A program made the position numbers and the translations under genes. Below are positions 10,094-19,309 of a stretch of 64,000 nucleotides of DNA, piece by piece; within the stretch, counting starts at the first letter, position 1; the number at the start of each line of letters is the position of its first letter. Origin of the DNA: Nitrosopumilus sp. (GTDB lineage: Archaea; Thermoproteota; Nitrososphaeria; Nitrososphaerales; Nitrosopumilaceae); the NCBI GenBank assembly GCA_965214775.1, contig OZ243974.1:544001-608000 (forward strand). Reading direction: 5' to 3'. The notes beneath the pieces were generated by a model. The model was not told where the DNA came from. It saw only the letters and a list, made by a program, of their open reading frames with translations, and did not search any database.

Positions 10094-10870
10094 ATGAACA
10101 GCAAGACAAAATACACAATATCTCTCTTGGCACTAACCTTGTTGGCTTCTGTGGGGATGAATAGCGCATTCGCACAGGCACCAGGACAAGACGATCCCGT
10201 TCATGAACCAAGTCAAACAGAACCCATCTATGATCCAGTCATGATTCAATACATGAAGGAGCTAACCGCTGATCCGGGAAAAACGGTAGCCGAACGTCCT
10301 ATTACAAACCAAACATATTCTGTCACAACAATAGTGCGTGAAATCACCGATGATAAATATGCAGTAAAGTCCACAACCCGGATTGACGGTGAAAAAATAT
10401 CATCTGAGAAATTCAGGATAACGGCAATTGATAACTCAACCTACAAACTGGTAAACAACAGTCTTGGCATACGCCAGGTTTTCACCGACATTCCCAGTGA
10501 AGCGGCAGGTGCAGGTTCTGGATCCTCAACACCTAATAATGCAAGAATTGTTCTGTATGATAGAGAGCACGGCACACCACACACTTTGATACTATATGAC
10601 AGCTATTCTGGATGTGCGACGCTTAACCAAGCTGTATTTCAGGCGCCTGTCAGACCAGACACCGTTGATGTTACATGGGAAGCAAGCCCGTTTTACATGC
10701 ATTGGTGCTTTATCCCTCATGAGTTCCAACAGGGCGAAGTTAGACACATGACCGAAACCGTGTTTTTGAATGGCCATGGAGACAGAAGAGGCAGTCATAC
10801 GTTTGACAATCCTCACGGGGGCACAATCTGGTATAGTGTCAAGGTGGATTTCGAGTACGGTGTGTGGTAA
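10094..10870 (+). CDS. Secreted protein of unknown function
   Basis: Signal peptide MNSKTKYTISLLALTLLASVGMNSAFAQ, paralogous to that of 6130-6999. Confidence 0.75.
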   Translation: MNSKTKYTISLLALTLLASVGMNSAFAQAPGQDDPVHEPSQTEPIYDPVMIQYMKELTADPGKTVAERPITNQTYSVTTIVREITDDKYAVKSTTRIDGEKISSEKFRITAIDNSTYKLVNNSLGIRQVFTDIPSEAAGAGSGSSTPNNARIVLYDREHGTPHTLILYDSYSGCATLNQAVFQAPVRPDTVDVTWEASPFYMHWCFIPHEFQQGEVRHMTETVFLNGHGDRRGSHTFDNPHGGTIWYSVKVDFEYGVW

Positions 10871-10873
10871 CAC

Positions 10874-11101
10874 ATGCTGGCACATTCTTTTTTTTATCCC
10901 CGGCTGATACTTGGTTTTTGCGGGCTGGTGTTGGCCGGAGCAGGCTTGCTGTCTCTGGCGCATCAAATCCATCTAGACTCCTTGTCCTTTGGCCCGTCAT
11001 ACGTTTTACAGAATCCAGCCGCGCTGGCTCTGCTTGTAGTCAGCATGGCATTACTGACAGTTTTGATTTACAAAATCTGCTCCAAGAGGTTGTTCCTTTA
11101 A
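10874..11101 (+). CDS. Small two-TM membrane protein
   Basis: Two hydrophobic helices; starts 3 bp after the secreted-protein gene. Confidence 0.55.
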   Translation: MLAHSFFYPRLILGFCGLVLAGAGLLSLAHQIHLDSLSFGPSYVLQNPAALALLVVSMALLTVLIYKICSKRLFL

Positions 11102-11377
11102 CCACGGCAAGCTGCGCAAGGTGCCCCCATCAGATCATCTCTGGCGTATTGCCGGCCACGCATCATTGCTCCAGCAGATCCTCCTCCCACTTTATGCATC
11201 CTGAGTCTGTCGAGCTTTTTGCACTTTTTGTACAGCTCGGAAAGGCACCGGCATGCAGAAAAAATAGGTACGTGGTCACCTACCCCCACCAATCAGGCAC
11301 GAATTGGCATGTACAATTATGATTTCCATGCCTAGCCAGCAAGGGGCGTGACCTCATACAAAGGTACAATATTGTAA

Positions 11378-11391
11378 TGGACCGGAAGGGA
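11378..11391 (-). repeat. att-like copy of a tRNA 3' end (Ala-like)
   Basis: Reverse complement TCCCTTCCGGTCCA resembles an archaeal tRNA-Ala T-arm/acceptor 3' strand; repeated at 39958-39972. Confidence 0.6.
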
Positions 11392-11677
11392 GCGGAGCCC
11401 GCAGTGGGTTCAGACCCCCGATCACGCAAACGGTAGAAAGCGATTGGAACGCTTACAGTATTCTTACTTTTTTCTTTTTTAATACGAACAAATTGATGTG
11501 CAAATAGCGTATTGTTTTGATATTGGTTGGGATTACAGAATAGAGATATTGTGAAATCAGGATTGCTGATGTTTCATGGGAATGATGGCCGCTTACATGC
11601 TGTTCAAAGTAACAGGCTCTTTTGAGAGGGAATCCGTAAATTTTTGTGTTCTGAATGATGCTATAAACTCCAACGAA

Positions 11678-12169
11678 TCAATCATCTGCAAGATAACGTT
11701 TCTCAAGATTTCGCAAGCCCACAGCAAAATACGCCACAGCTGGTAGTCCGGCCCATACAAAATTCAACCAAAATCCGTCTTGTAATGAAAATTCCAGATT
11801 ATCCTCAGTTTGAACCAAGGCTGCAGCCTGTGATTGTAATGCTCCAACAGTGCCAAGATATATTGCAAGAACCTCGAGGATTCGTCGCTTAGCATAGCGT
11901 CGTAGCTTGGATCTAAATCTCAGGGTTTTTTTGTGCACACGTTCGATTTCTTTTGGTGAAAAAAAAGACATCAGTTCATAAGCAGTGTTCTTATGTTCGT
12001 CATCCTCAAATTCGATATTAAACTCTACAGAATTAATTTTTCTAAGATCCTCTTCTATGTCGCGATAACGTACTTTTTCAATTATGTATTTGCTGTCTTT
12101 TAGATTATCAATTATTATTTCATTGTCTTTTTTCTCGTAATTTTTAATTCTGTACAACCACCTTTCCAA
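11678..12169 (-). CDS. Hypothetical protein with two C-terminal TM helices
   Basis: 163-aa AT-rich ORF. Confidence 0.55.
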   Translation of the reverse strand: MERWLYRIKNYEKKDNEIIIDNLKDSKYIIEKVRYRDIEEDLRKINSVEFNIEFEDDEHKNTAYELMSFFSPKEIERVHKKTLRFRSKLRRYAKRRILEVLAIYLGTVGALQSQAAALVQTEDNLEFSLQDGFWLNFVWAGLPAVAYFAVGLRNLEKRYLADD

Positions 12170-12205
12170 TCTGATTCCCCAGTTAGCATTAATTAGAAGA
12201 GGGGT

Positions 12206-12490
12206 TCAGGATGCAATCTCAATTGTCTTTGCGCCAACCTTCTTTTTTACCAGTTCTTTGGTTGCCTGATGCAGGGCATCCAAACTTTCTTGATCTTTGG
12301 AAGAAAAACTAATTACAAGATCAGCAATGTTGTCTTCTGGCTTGGATATTTTTTCCAAAGCAATGTTGTTTTTTATCATGATTAATTTAATCAGGTGGTT
12401 CAAAGCTGCACAATTGTCTTTGTCATAATCATGCATTGACTGCTTTCTGGTATCTGAATATGTGATTAGTAATTGACCCGGATTGCTCAT
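12206..12490 (-). CDS. Hypothetical protein
   Basis: 94-aa ORF, co-oriented upstream of 11678-12169. Confidence 0.55.
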   Translation of the reverse strand: MSNPGQLLITYSDTRKQSMHDYDKDNCAALNHLIKLIMIKNNIALEKISKPEDNIADLVISFSSKDQESLDALHQATKELVKKKVGAKTIEIAS

Positions 12491-12628
12491 GTCACATCAT
12501 AGCCTCTCTAGTAAAAAAGAGGTTTCCGAATCACATATAAATTAAAGTGGCCGGGCAGTCTTCCCATCTACGCAGAATATCTTACAGGACTCAAAAATTT
12601 TGAGGAGGTTACCGAGGAACGAAAGAAG

Positions 12629-13714
12629 ATGCTCTCGAAGATCTCCAAGATCAGGGGCGGCAGGGACGTCTTGGTGTTCGCCTCGGACCTTTCCAAAGGC
12701 AGGGCGCCGATAGGAATCGAGTACACGGATCTCCTTGCAGTTCAGGACCAACTGGAGAACCTGTCAGGGCAGGCAATCGACATAGTGCTAGAGACTCCGG
12801 GCGGCCTAGGCGAAGTGGTGGAGGACATTGTAAGTCTGGTTCGCGGAAAGTACGAAAAAGTCGGAATGATAGTTCCGGGATACGCAAAGAGTGCGGGAAC
12901 GATCTTTGCGATGGCAGGAGACGAGATTCTAATGGGCAAGGGATCTGCACTTGGCCCGATAGACGGACAGCTGCAGCTGGCAGACGGCAGGCGCTTCTCT
13001 GCTGACGCGTTCCTGGAGGGACTCGAGAAAATAAAAGGAGAGGTGGAGGAGACAAAGAAGCTAAACCCCGCATACATCCCGATTCTGCAAAACATATCGC
13101 CGGGAGAGATTCAAAACTGCGAGAACATTCAGGGTTTTTCCAAGCACTTGGTTACGGAGTGGCTTGCCAAGTACAAGTTCAAGTACTGGGACAGACACTC
13201 TGACGGGCGCGGCGTTACAGAAGAAGAGAGATGCAGCAGAGCCAACGAAATTGCGAAGGATCTTTGCTCGCAGTCAAGGTGGCTCACACACGGACGCTCT
13301 ATCAAGATAGACGACCTAGAAAAGCTCAAGGTAAAAATCACAGATTACAGCAAGAACGCAGAGCTGAACGAGGCCATAACTCGCTACTACATCCTGCTGA
13401 GAATGAGCTTTGAGAGCTCTGTGATATACAAGATCTTCGAGACTGCGGACTCGCAGATCTACCGCTCTGTGGCTCCTGTGCGGCCTGCCCCGCAAAACCA
13501 AAAGAGCCTCACCATAGACGGTTCGTGCACAAAGTGCAAGCACAAGCTTAAAGTTCAGGTCAACCTAGAAAAGAATATGCCATTGGAAGAAGGTGCAACA
13601 GCATATCCGGTCTCGACGGATTCCATTGACTGTCCCGAATGCGGCGAAAAAATAAACCTGTTGCCGTTCAGGCAACAGATCGAATCGCAGACTGGAAAAA
13701 AGGTGGTCGAATAA
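12629..13714 (+). CDS. SDH-family ClpP-fold serine protease with C-terminal Zn ribbon
   Basis: LETPGG, AKSAGT (Ser), LGPID (Asp), WLTHG (His); CTKC...CPEC. Confidence 0.88.
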   Translation: MLSKISKIRGGRDVLVFASDLSKGRAPIGIEYTDLLAVQDQLENLSGQAIDIVLETPGGLGEVVEDIVSLVRGKYEKVGMIVPGYAKSAGTIFAMAGDEILMGKGSALGPIDGQLQLADGRRFSADAFLEGLEKIKGEVEETKKLNPAYIPILQNISPGEIQNCENIQGFSKHLVTEWLAKYKFKYWDRHSDGRGVTEEERCSRANEIAKDLCSQSRWLTHGRSIKIDDLEKLKVKITDYSKNAELNEAITRYYILLRMSFESSVIYKIFETADSQIYRSVAPVRPAPQNQKSLTIDGSCTKCKHKLKVQVNLEKNMPLEEGATAYPVSTDSIDCPECGEKINLLPFRQQIESQTGKKVVE

Positions 13715-13715
13715 A

Positions 13716-13898
13716 ATGGCCAGAAACGGATTCAAGATAATCTTTGAGCACATGGACAGAGAAATGAAAGGACAGGCGGAGCTGCAGGCAGATGCGATCA
13801 GATGCACGCTAGAGCAAAACGACGAGATAAAAAAATTAATCGAGATTATTAACGAGGCGATCCCGGCTGACGAACCTCTTCTCTATTCCAGATCCTAG
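13716..13898 (+). CDS. Small protein coupled to the SDH protease
   Basis: ATG 1 bp after the upstream stop; 60 aa. Confidence 0.6.
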   Translation: MARNGFKIIFEHMDREMKGQAELQADAIRCTLEQNDEIKKLIEIINEAIPADEPLLYSRS

Positions 13899-14159
13899 AT
13901 TTCAATTCTTGGTTTGAGGTCTTGTCGGACCTGACTTTGTGCCCATCTCCGATGCTATCTTCATCTGGAACGTGTTTGCAAGCTGTATCCATGATACATG
14001 CAACGCATCTCCTCTTTCCAATGTACATGCATATGCTTTCCAATCCTTTCATCACCTCCTTGTGGACTGCTGTTTGATGGACAAAAAGCTGCAGTCATCC
14101 ATCAGTGCGCTAAACACAGGAACACACAGCTCGTATTGCCTCCAGTAGATAGTGTGCAA

Positions 14160-14231
14160 AGCACATGTCATGTAAGGGGTTGATTCGTCACCCTGACTAC
14201 GGCGGGGGTGTTTTTATCATGTGTTCAGCTG
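14160..14231. repeat. Dispersed repeat family G
   Basis: CACCCTGACTACGGCGGGGG.GTTTTTATCATGTGTTCAGCTG also at 49454-49495; inverted diverged copy at ~42898-42962. Confidence 0.75.
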
Positions 14232-14452
14232 TGGTTTTTACATCTGGCCAGCAAGGGGACGCTACCTCACACTATCTAAGATAGACACTACGATCCAGTA
14301 GTTGAAAATGTACACTTTGTGTGCCGCCTGTGTGGTGGACTCCCATCCATCCATGGCTCTGCACGCATGGAATTCTGCATGCCACAGCTCCATAAAACGG
14401 CGGCCACAAGAAACAGCAGTACATTTTCAACTACTGCGATCCTGTGATCATG

Positions 14453-15958
14453 TCACATGCAAGGCTTGCCGTTATGCTGACCATGGTGGTTTTTTCGCAT
14501 GAAAAACTTGATCAGAGACTGAATTGTTTGGCGCAACGGACTGTTTCTCTTGCCTGCCTCTCTACTTTTGGATTTATCTATTCCCAGAACCGGTTTTTCA
14601 GTGTCTCCTTTGGCAACTAGTTGCTGATACATGCAATTTTCCCTACATGTACCAAGCTTGGGTAGAATCTCACCAGTACGATAATCATATGCCTGCTGTC
14701 CAAGATTCCCTGTATTTGCCAGATTGGTTATAAGCTCTACAAACTGAATTGATTCAAGGCCTGCAAGGCCAAAAGAAAACGGCATGATATTCTGCCGTGT
14801 ATTTTTCCCAGTTTCCTGTTCGTGTTTTTCGATGTATGCTGGATCGTCAAACATGCCATCACGATCCATCTGCACCTCGCCGATATTCAGAGCGCCCAAG
14901 CAATCCAGGCAGGCGCGTTCAGGGCCTATGGTTTGTGCACGATACATGCCATGTACTAGTTTTCCTTTTCGGACATCAAAGCCAACTCCCCCATCAATCA
15001 CGGGAATCAGGTTGGAATACGCAATATGGTTTAGGACTTGCCTCGGCCAAGGCCTGTCAACACAGCAAAAGATCACATCGCAGTCCAATGCCTCTTCATA
15101 TCCGGCCTCTTCCACTATGGAGTTGTCAGAAGTAGTACAGTCGAATCCCTCTGATGTGGCGGATCTGCACAGATTTTTTTGCACGACATCTTTTTTGAAT
15201 TTCCCGATGTGATTTTCGTCGATTCCAACCATTCTGTCCAAATTGTGGATTTTTATTCTGTCGTAATCCATGAGGAGTATTTTTTTAGAGCCCATTCTAG
15301 CTAAGATCTCCCCCACGGCAGATCCTATGCTTCCAACCCCGATTATACCAACTCTCAAGCGCATGATGTCGTTCTGTTTACTATCGCCCCACACGCTAGT
15401 TGTCCTGATCTGCTTTTTAGTTGGTGCACAGCGTGGATAAAATTCGGGATGGAAATTGATTTTAAGATTCTTGCCTACAACTCTTATTTCTGAGCACCAT
15501 CTTATTTTGAATGGTTTAGGATATGTCCTGCCGCTCCATGTTCCGTCTCCGGCCAGAGTGATCCCTACAAAAGGTAGTCCTGTAATCCCAAAAACTTCCC
15601 GTGCAAGAACATCCTGTTCATAGTACTGGTCATCATGTGATACGTCCTGATGACTCAAGCCAGACGGGTGTGTGTGAATCATGGCAAGGCCAGAGTCATT
15701 CTCTCTTGCAAGTTCCTTGCATCTGTCCACATATGATGGAAAGGCTGACACGGTACCGTGACTTTCTCTATCATCTTCCTTGGGATACATTGCACCATGT
15801 AGCAGAATGCTATATCGCGAAGCGCCTACAGAGGGTTTCCAAGAAGCAAAACATATCTCCTCTTCAGTTTTATCATTTAATAAAAAATTCTGCAAATCAT
15901 TGTCAAGTGATTCAGTCATGGCAATGCTATAGTCCAAACCTATGTCACCTCCAGCCAT
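14453..15958 (-). CDS. JAB peptidase - E1/ThiF fusion (Bub/Bil-like ubiquitin-like system)
   Basis: JAB HTHP...S.DD; ThiF GIIGVGSIGS, DYD.I..HNLDR, CCVD, CLDC...CRENC. Confidence 0.9.
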   Translation of the reverse strand: MAGGDIGLDYSIAMTESLDNDLQNFLLNDKTEEEICFASWKPSVGASRYSILLHGAMYPKEDDRESHGTVSAFPSYVDRCKELARENDSGLAMIHTHPSGLSHQDVSHDDQYYEQDVLAREVFGITGLPFVGITLAGDGTWSGRTYPKPFKIRWCSEIRVVGKNLKINFHPEFYPRCAPTKKQIRTTSVWGDSKQNDIMRLRVGIIGVGSIGSAVGEILARMGSKKILLMDYDRIKIHNLDRMVGIDENHIGKFKKDVVQKNLCRSATSEGFDCTTSDNSIVEEAGYEEALDCDVIFCCVDRPWPRQVLNHIAYSNLIPVIDGGVGFDVRKGKLVHGMYRAQTIGPERACLDCLGALNIGEVQMDRDGMFDDPAYIEKHEQETGKNTRQNIMPFSFGLAGLESIQFVELITNLANTGNLGQQAYDYRTGEILPKLGTCRENCMYQQLVAKGDTEKPVLGIDKSKSREAGKRNSPLRQTIQSLIKFFMRKNHHGQHNGKPCM

Positions 15959-16296
15959 CTGTTTACTTGATCAAAATAATACCTGGGTGTTCTGTATGAT
16001 GGGTCATCCCAACCTAGCTTTCTGCTCCAAAACTCCCAATCATCACCTAGTGGGCTTGATTTAGCCGCAGAAGTGTTTCTCTGAAACCCATGGCTCTTCC
16101 TGATATGCAATCCATACGGTGCAGTATTGGGAAAATCTTTGGGAATTGGCAAGCCGATTTGAACTGTTTTGCCAGAATGCCTGCCATGTGGGATCTTATA
16201 GTGCTCTATCACAAAAATTATTTTATTATCGACTTCTATCTGCTCAAAAGGCAGTCCCATTTTTGCCAAAAAATCAGAAAATATGTTTGCGGCCAT
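15940..16296 (-). CDS. Prokaryotic E2-like protein (no Cys; WSR motif)
   Basis: YKIP.G, IPKDFPNTAPYG, WEFWSRK; lies between Ubl and E1. Confidence 0.82.
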   Translation of the reverse strand: MAANIFSDFLAKMGLPFEQIEVDNKIIFVIEHYKIPHGRHSGKTVQIGLPIPKDFPNTAPYGLHIRKSHGFQRNTSAAKSSPLGDDWEFWSRKLGWDDPSYRTPRYYFDQVNRWLEVT

Positions 16297-16297
16297 A

Positions 16298-16537
16298 TCA
16301 TGCGACGTTTATAGAACCAGTATACCTTGTCGTAAAATAATCATCATCTTTTACCACTATGGATTCTTTTGGATTGTCATATGTTGCAACTACTGCTCCT
16401 TTTTCTCCATCTCTTTTCTGTAGTTCGTATTCCCCTGGCTTGCCCTCACCTAGTTTGATAAGATCGCCTACCGTGATCTTGTCAGATTGAAGCTCAAAGG
16501 ACTCCCCATTGACATGTATTTTGATTTCCTTATCCAT
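16298..16537 (-). CDS. Ubiquitin-like (multi-ubiquitin type beta-grasp) protein
   Basis: IHVNG...ITVGDLIKL...YEL...IVVKDDDYF pattern; first gene of the operon. Confidence 0.8.
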   Translation of the reverse strand: MDKEIKIHVNGESFELQSDKITVGDLIKLGEGKPGEYELQKRDGEKGAVVATYDNPKESIVVKDDDYFTTRYTGSINVA

Positions 16538-16688
16538 GATCCTTTTCCCCTTCTTGTATTAAAAAAGGAATTTAGCCTCCAATGGAGGAATATAATTTCT
16601 AGTTAGACACAAATACGAGTATTTTTCCTCCATTGGAAGAAAACTTTGTTAAAATGCAAACGCATGTATTAATATTTATGGTGCTTTT

Positions 16689-17174
16689 TTGTTATTGTTG
16701 GAAACACAGCCTACTTGGGTTAAAACCTATTTACAGATCTACTCTAAATACGGTGGCAGCTTGTCTCTTATGGGACTAAACAATAAAGACATCAGCGTAT
16801 ACATATTCCTGTTTGTTAAAAAATGGATTGAGAAGCAAGCGCCTCTTTCGTCCTCTAAAATTTACAAAGATCTTGTTTCAATAACAAATTTTTTTCCACC
16901 TAAACTTGGAATAACATATTCTGAGAAATCTGTATCCGTATCTCTTAAGAAGCTTGTCACGATGGGTTTTGTATCTCGCTGTATAAATGATCAAAAAATT
17001 AAATCAGAGGGCCGACCCGCAACAGCATTGTATGAATCAGATACTATTGCAACGGTAAAGAAAAATATTGATAACATATTAGATGAATACAGGAAAAATA
17101 TTTTACACATTATGTCTCCTTTAGAAGCTATTGAAGAGACAATCACATTACGAGACAGCGGGGAAGAAAAATAA
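16689..17174 (+). CDS. Winged-helix DNA-binding regulator
   Basis: SVSVSLKKLVTMGFV...GRPATALY; divergent from the Ubl operon; true start probably ~16770. Confidence 0.7.
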   Translation: MLLLETQPTWVKTYLQIYSKYGGSLSLMGLNNKDISVYIFLFVKKWIEKQAPLSSSKIYKDLVSITNFFPPKLGITYSEKSVSVSLKKLVTMGFVSRCINDQKIKSEGRPATALYESDTIATVKKNIDNILDEYRKNILHIMSPLEAIEETITLRDSGEEK

Positions 17175-17614
17175 TGGCGCCAGTTCCAAGTAAAGTGCTA
17201 GTCATTCTTGAGATCATATCTCATTCTGATAATCATCTCAGAGGCAAGACGCGCTTGCAAAAATTAGTTTTTTTGACACAGGAAGATAATGGCGCAGCGA
17301 TTAACTATGATTTTGAGCCTGCTCCGCTAGGACCTCTCTCTGAGGATGTTAACTATCAGATCATGAAGCTCAAAGAACTTGATTTGGTTGAAGAAACGGT
17401 AGAGAGTACAGAATCTGGAAACAGCGTGTTTTGTTACCGCTTGACTGGCACTGGCAGAGAAGTTTTGCATAATGGAAAAAAACAAGCAGATTTCAAAACA
17501 ATGGAAAAAATCATCAAACGTGTTTATGACAAATACGGAACTATGCCATACATCAAACTGTTGGACTTTGTCCATAAAACGTATCCAAACTATCACCTAA
17601 AAGGCATAATGTAG
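17174..17614 (+). CDS. SocA/Panacea (DUF4065/YwgA)-like protein
   Basis: GKTRLQKLVFL, YDF....GP.S..V, YRLT..G, LLDFVH..YP. Confidence 0.75.
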   Translation: MAPVPSKVLVILEIISHSDNHLRGKTRLQKLVFLTQEDNGAAINYDFEPAPLGPLSEDVNYQIMKLKELDLVEETVESTESGNSVFCYRLTGTGREVLHNGKKQADFKTMEKIIKRVYDKYGTMPYIKLLDFVHKTYPNYHLKGIM

Positions 17615-17662
17615 ATCAGGCATGACAGGAATAGACAGGCTTGCAGCGCTGGAGCACAGTAA

Positions 17663-17743
17663 CAGACCTTGTGCGTAATCTGTGCAGATCAAAAAAAAGC
17701 AGGCAGCTTTCACGTCGTTTTTGGCAAATACGCACAAGGCCCA
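17663..17743. mobile_element. MITE family B (same TIR as A, different core), inverted copy
   Basis: Core TTTGCCAAAAA.GACG..AAA.CTGC.TG; copies at 37001, 57021, 58737, 62406, partial 26851. Confidence 0.8.
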
Positions 17744-17968
17744 AATTACGTGCAGTTGTGGTTTTCATGCCTGGCCGGCAAGGGGACGCGGCCTCGCACG
17801 ATTTAGCTGTAAACTGTGCCCATCAACCGATCAGAGCGGGGCTGTCGCCTAATTCCGCCTGCCTGATACAATCCGAACGTTTTTCTGAACTCCTGACGCT
17901 TTTTGCATGCGCCTCGTCAGGATAGCATTGCATGGCTTTCTGCGATTCTGAATCAGGCCCGGCACCGA

Positions 17969-19309
17969 TCAGGTCTGTGGGTTGGGATCCGTGACTCTTC
18001 CCATGAACAGGATGGCGCCGCTCTCATCGTCCTGTATTATGAATACAAACGGATGGTGTGCTAGGAATTGTGGCGGTCCCGAGCCACTCTCGGCGAACAA
18101 CTCTATGGTAGTCACGGCGGCAGCCTCTGTCCCCTCCTCGTTTACACTGACGTACGCGTCATGAAGTGCCTTGTGCACATACAGGTTTGCGCCAGGATGC
18201 AAACCGCCCGGCGGCACCCCCAGGATTCCCAGCAGATCTGCTGCTTTTTCATGAAAAGCATCAATCATGCCAAGGTCGATCAGATAAGGATTTAGTTCAT
18301 ACTTGGTTTTCACCTCAAACTTTGGCATCGACACGATCACATCCGTCTCTGCCATGGCCTGCTGCCATTCCTGTATCAGCTCTACCGAAAGCGTCTTCTG
18401 CAGTTGATCTATGCCGTCCCTCTCGTAGGGCAGTATGATCATCATCGAGAGCCGGTCTCCCTTGTAGGGCATCCTCAGCACCTGCGCCCCGCCGGTGCCG
18501 TCGTCGTCGGGGACGGCGTGATAGCCGAACATGCCCGTAACGCCCATAAAGTCGGCATCGACGCTACCTGTGCCGTCCTTCCAGAACTTGCCCTGCATCG
18601 TATTCTCCACGGGAAACTGCGTGACCCACGCGCCCTTGAAGTATATCGCGTTGTTGATCACCATGGCCGTGGCTGCATTGACATCTTTCTTTGTTATCAC
18701 CTCGTCGATCTTGCCGTTGGTGTTATCGGAGGCCCATTCGTTTATCCTGTCTACGGCGTCCTCGGCGTCCCCTCTAAAGTCGACGACCTCGGCCCCTGCA
18801 AGATAGATGCCGCGCGCTATGCCCAGGTAGGACTCGTGCGGCTTGAACCAGTCCGCTATCCACAGCGCGTTTGCCGTGACAAGCGTGGCATGCGGGTCGT
18901 CGCGGTTGAGCGATGCAATAGCGTGCGCCGTGGCGTTGTGGCGCGCCGCCGCATCCGGCTCAAAGCCAAAGACGTCCTGCATCTGCGCCGCGGTGTCCCC
19001 CCTTGCCCCCTCGTACAGGATGGAAAAGGCCACGTACATGCTGGCAGGCGAGAAGAAGATGTTCTCGTCACCGTCTGATGATATCTGCTTGTAAAAGTCT
19101 ACGGCAAAGGCGTTGTTTGATGCGGCCATGTCCTCCTGGATTATCGGCAACCCGACTGTCGGTACGGCTACTGCGGCACCGCCGTCCTGCAAGGGCGCAT
19201 GCACCTTCGTGCCGTCGTTCGTGTCCAGGCCGTACAGAGCCATGCCAGCTATTGCGGCGGCTACCACGACAGATGCCGCCGCGACTGCGGCAATCAGCGC
19301 CGTTTTCAC
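17969..19309 (-). CDS. Serpin (serine protease inhibitor), membrane-anchored or secreted
   Basis: NIFFSPAS, NAIYFKGAW...F, hinge VNEEGTEAAAVT, FLAHHPFVFII, ILFMGRVTDP. Confidence 0.96.
   Translation of the reverse strand: MKTALIAAVAAASVVVAAAIAGMALYGLDTNDGTKVHAPLQDGGAAVAVPTVGLPIIQEDMAASNNAFAVDFYKQISSDGDENIFFSPASMYVAFSILYEGARGDTAAQMQDVFGFEPDAAARHNATAHAIASLNRDDPHATLVTANALWIADWFKPHESYLGIARGIYLAGAEVVDFRGDAEDAVDRINEWASDNTNGKIDEVITKKDVNAATAMVINNAIYFKGAWVTQFPVENTMQGKFWKDGTGSVDADFMGVTGMFGYHAVPDDDGTGGAQVLRMPYKGDRLSMMIILPYERDGIDQLQKTLSVELIQEWQQAMAETDVIVSMPKFEVKTKYELNPYLIDLGMIDAFHEKAADLLGILGVPPGGLHPGANLYVHKALHDAYVSVNEEGTEAAAVTTIELFAESGSGPPQFLAHHPFVFIIQDDESGAILFMGRVTDPNPQT

Noticed and set aside
11378-11450. 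Intact tRNA at the att-like sites
   Set aside because: Only ~14 nt of the 3' end match; no cloverleaf can be folded here or at 39958.
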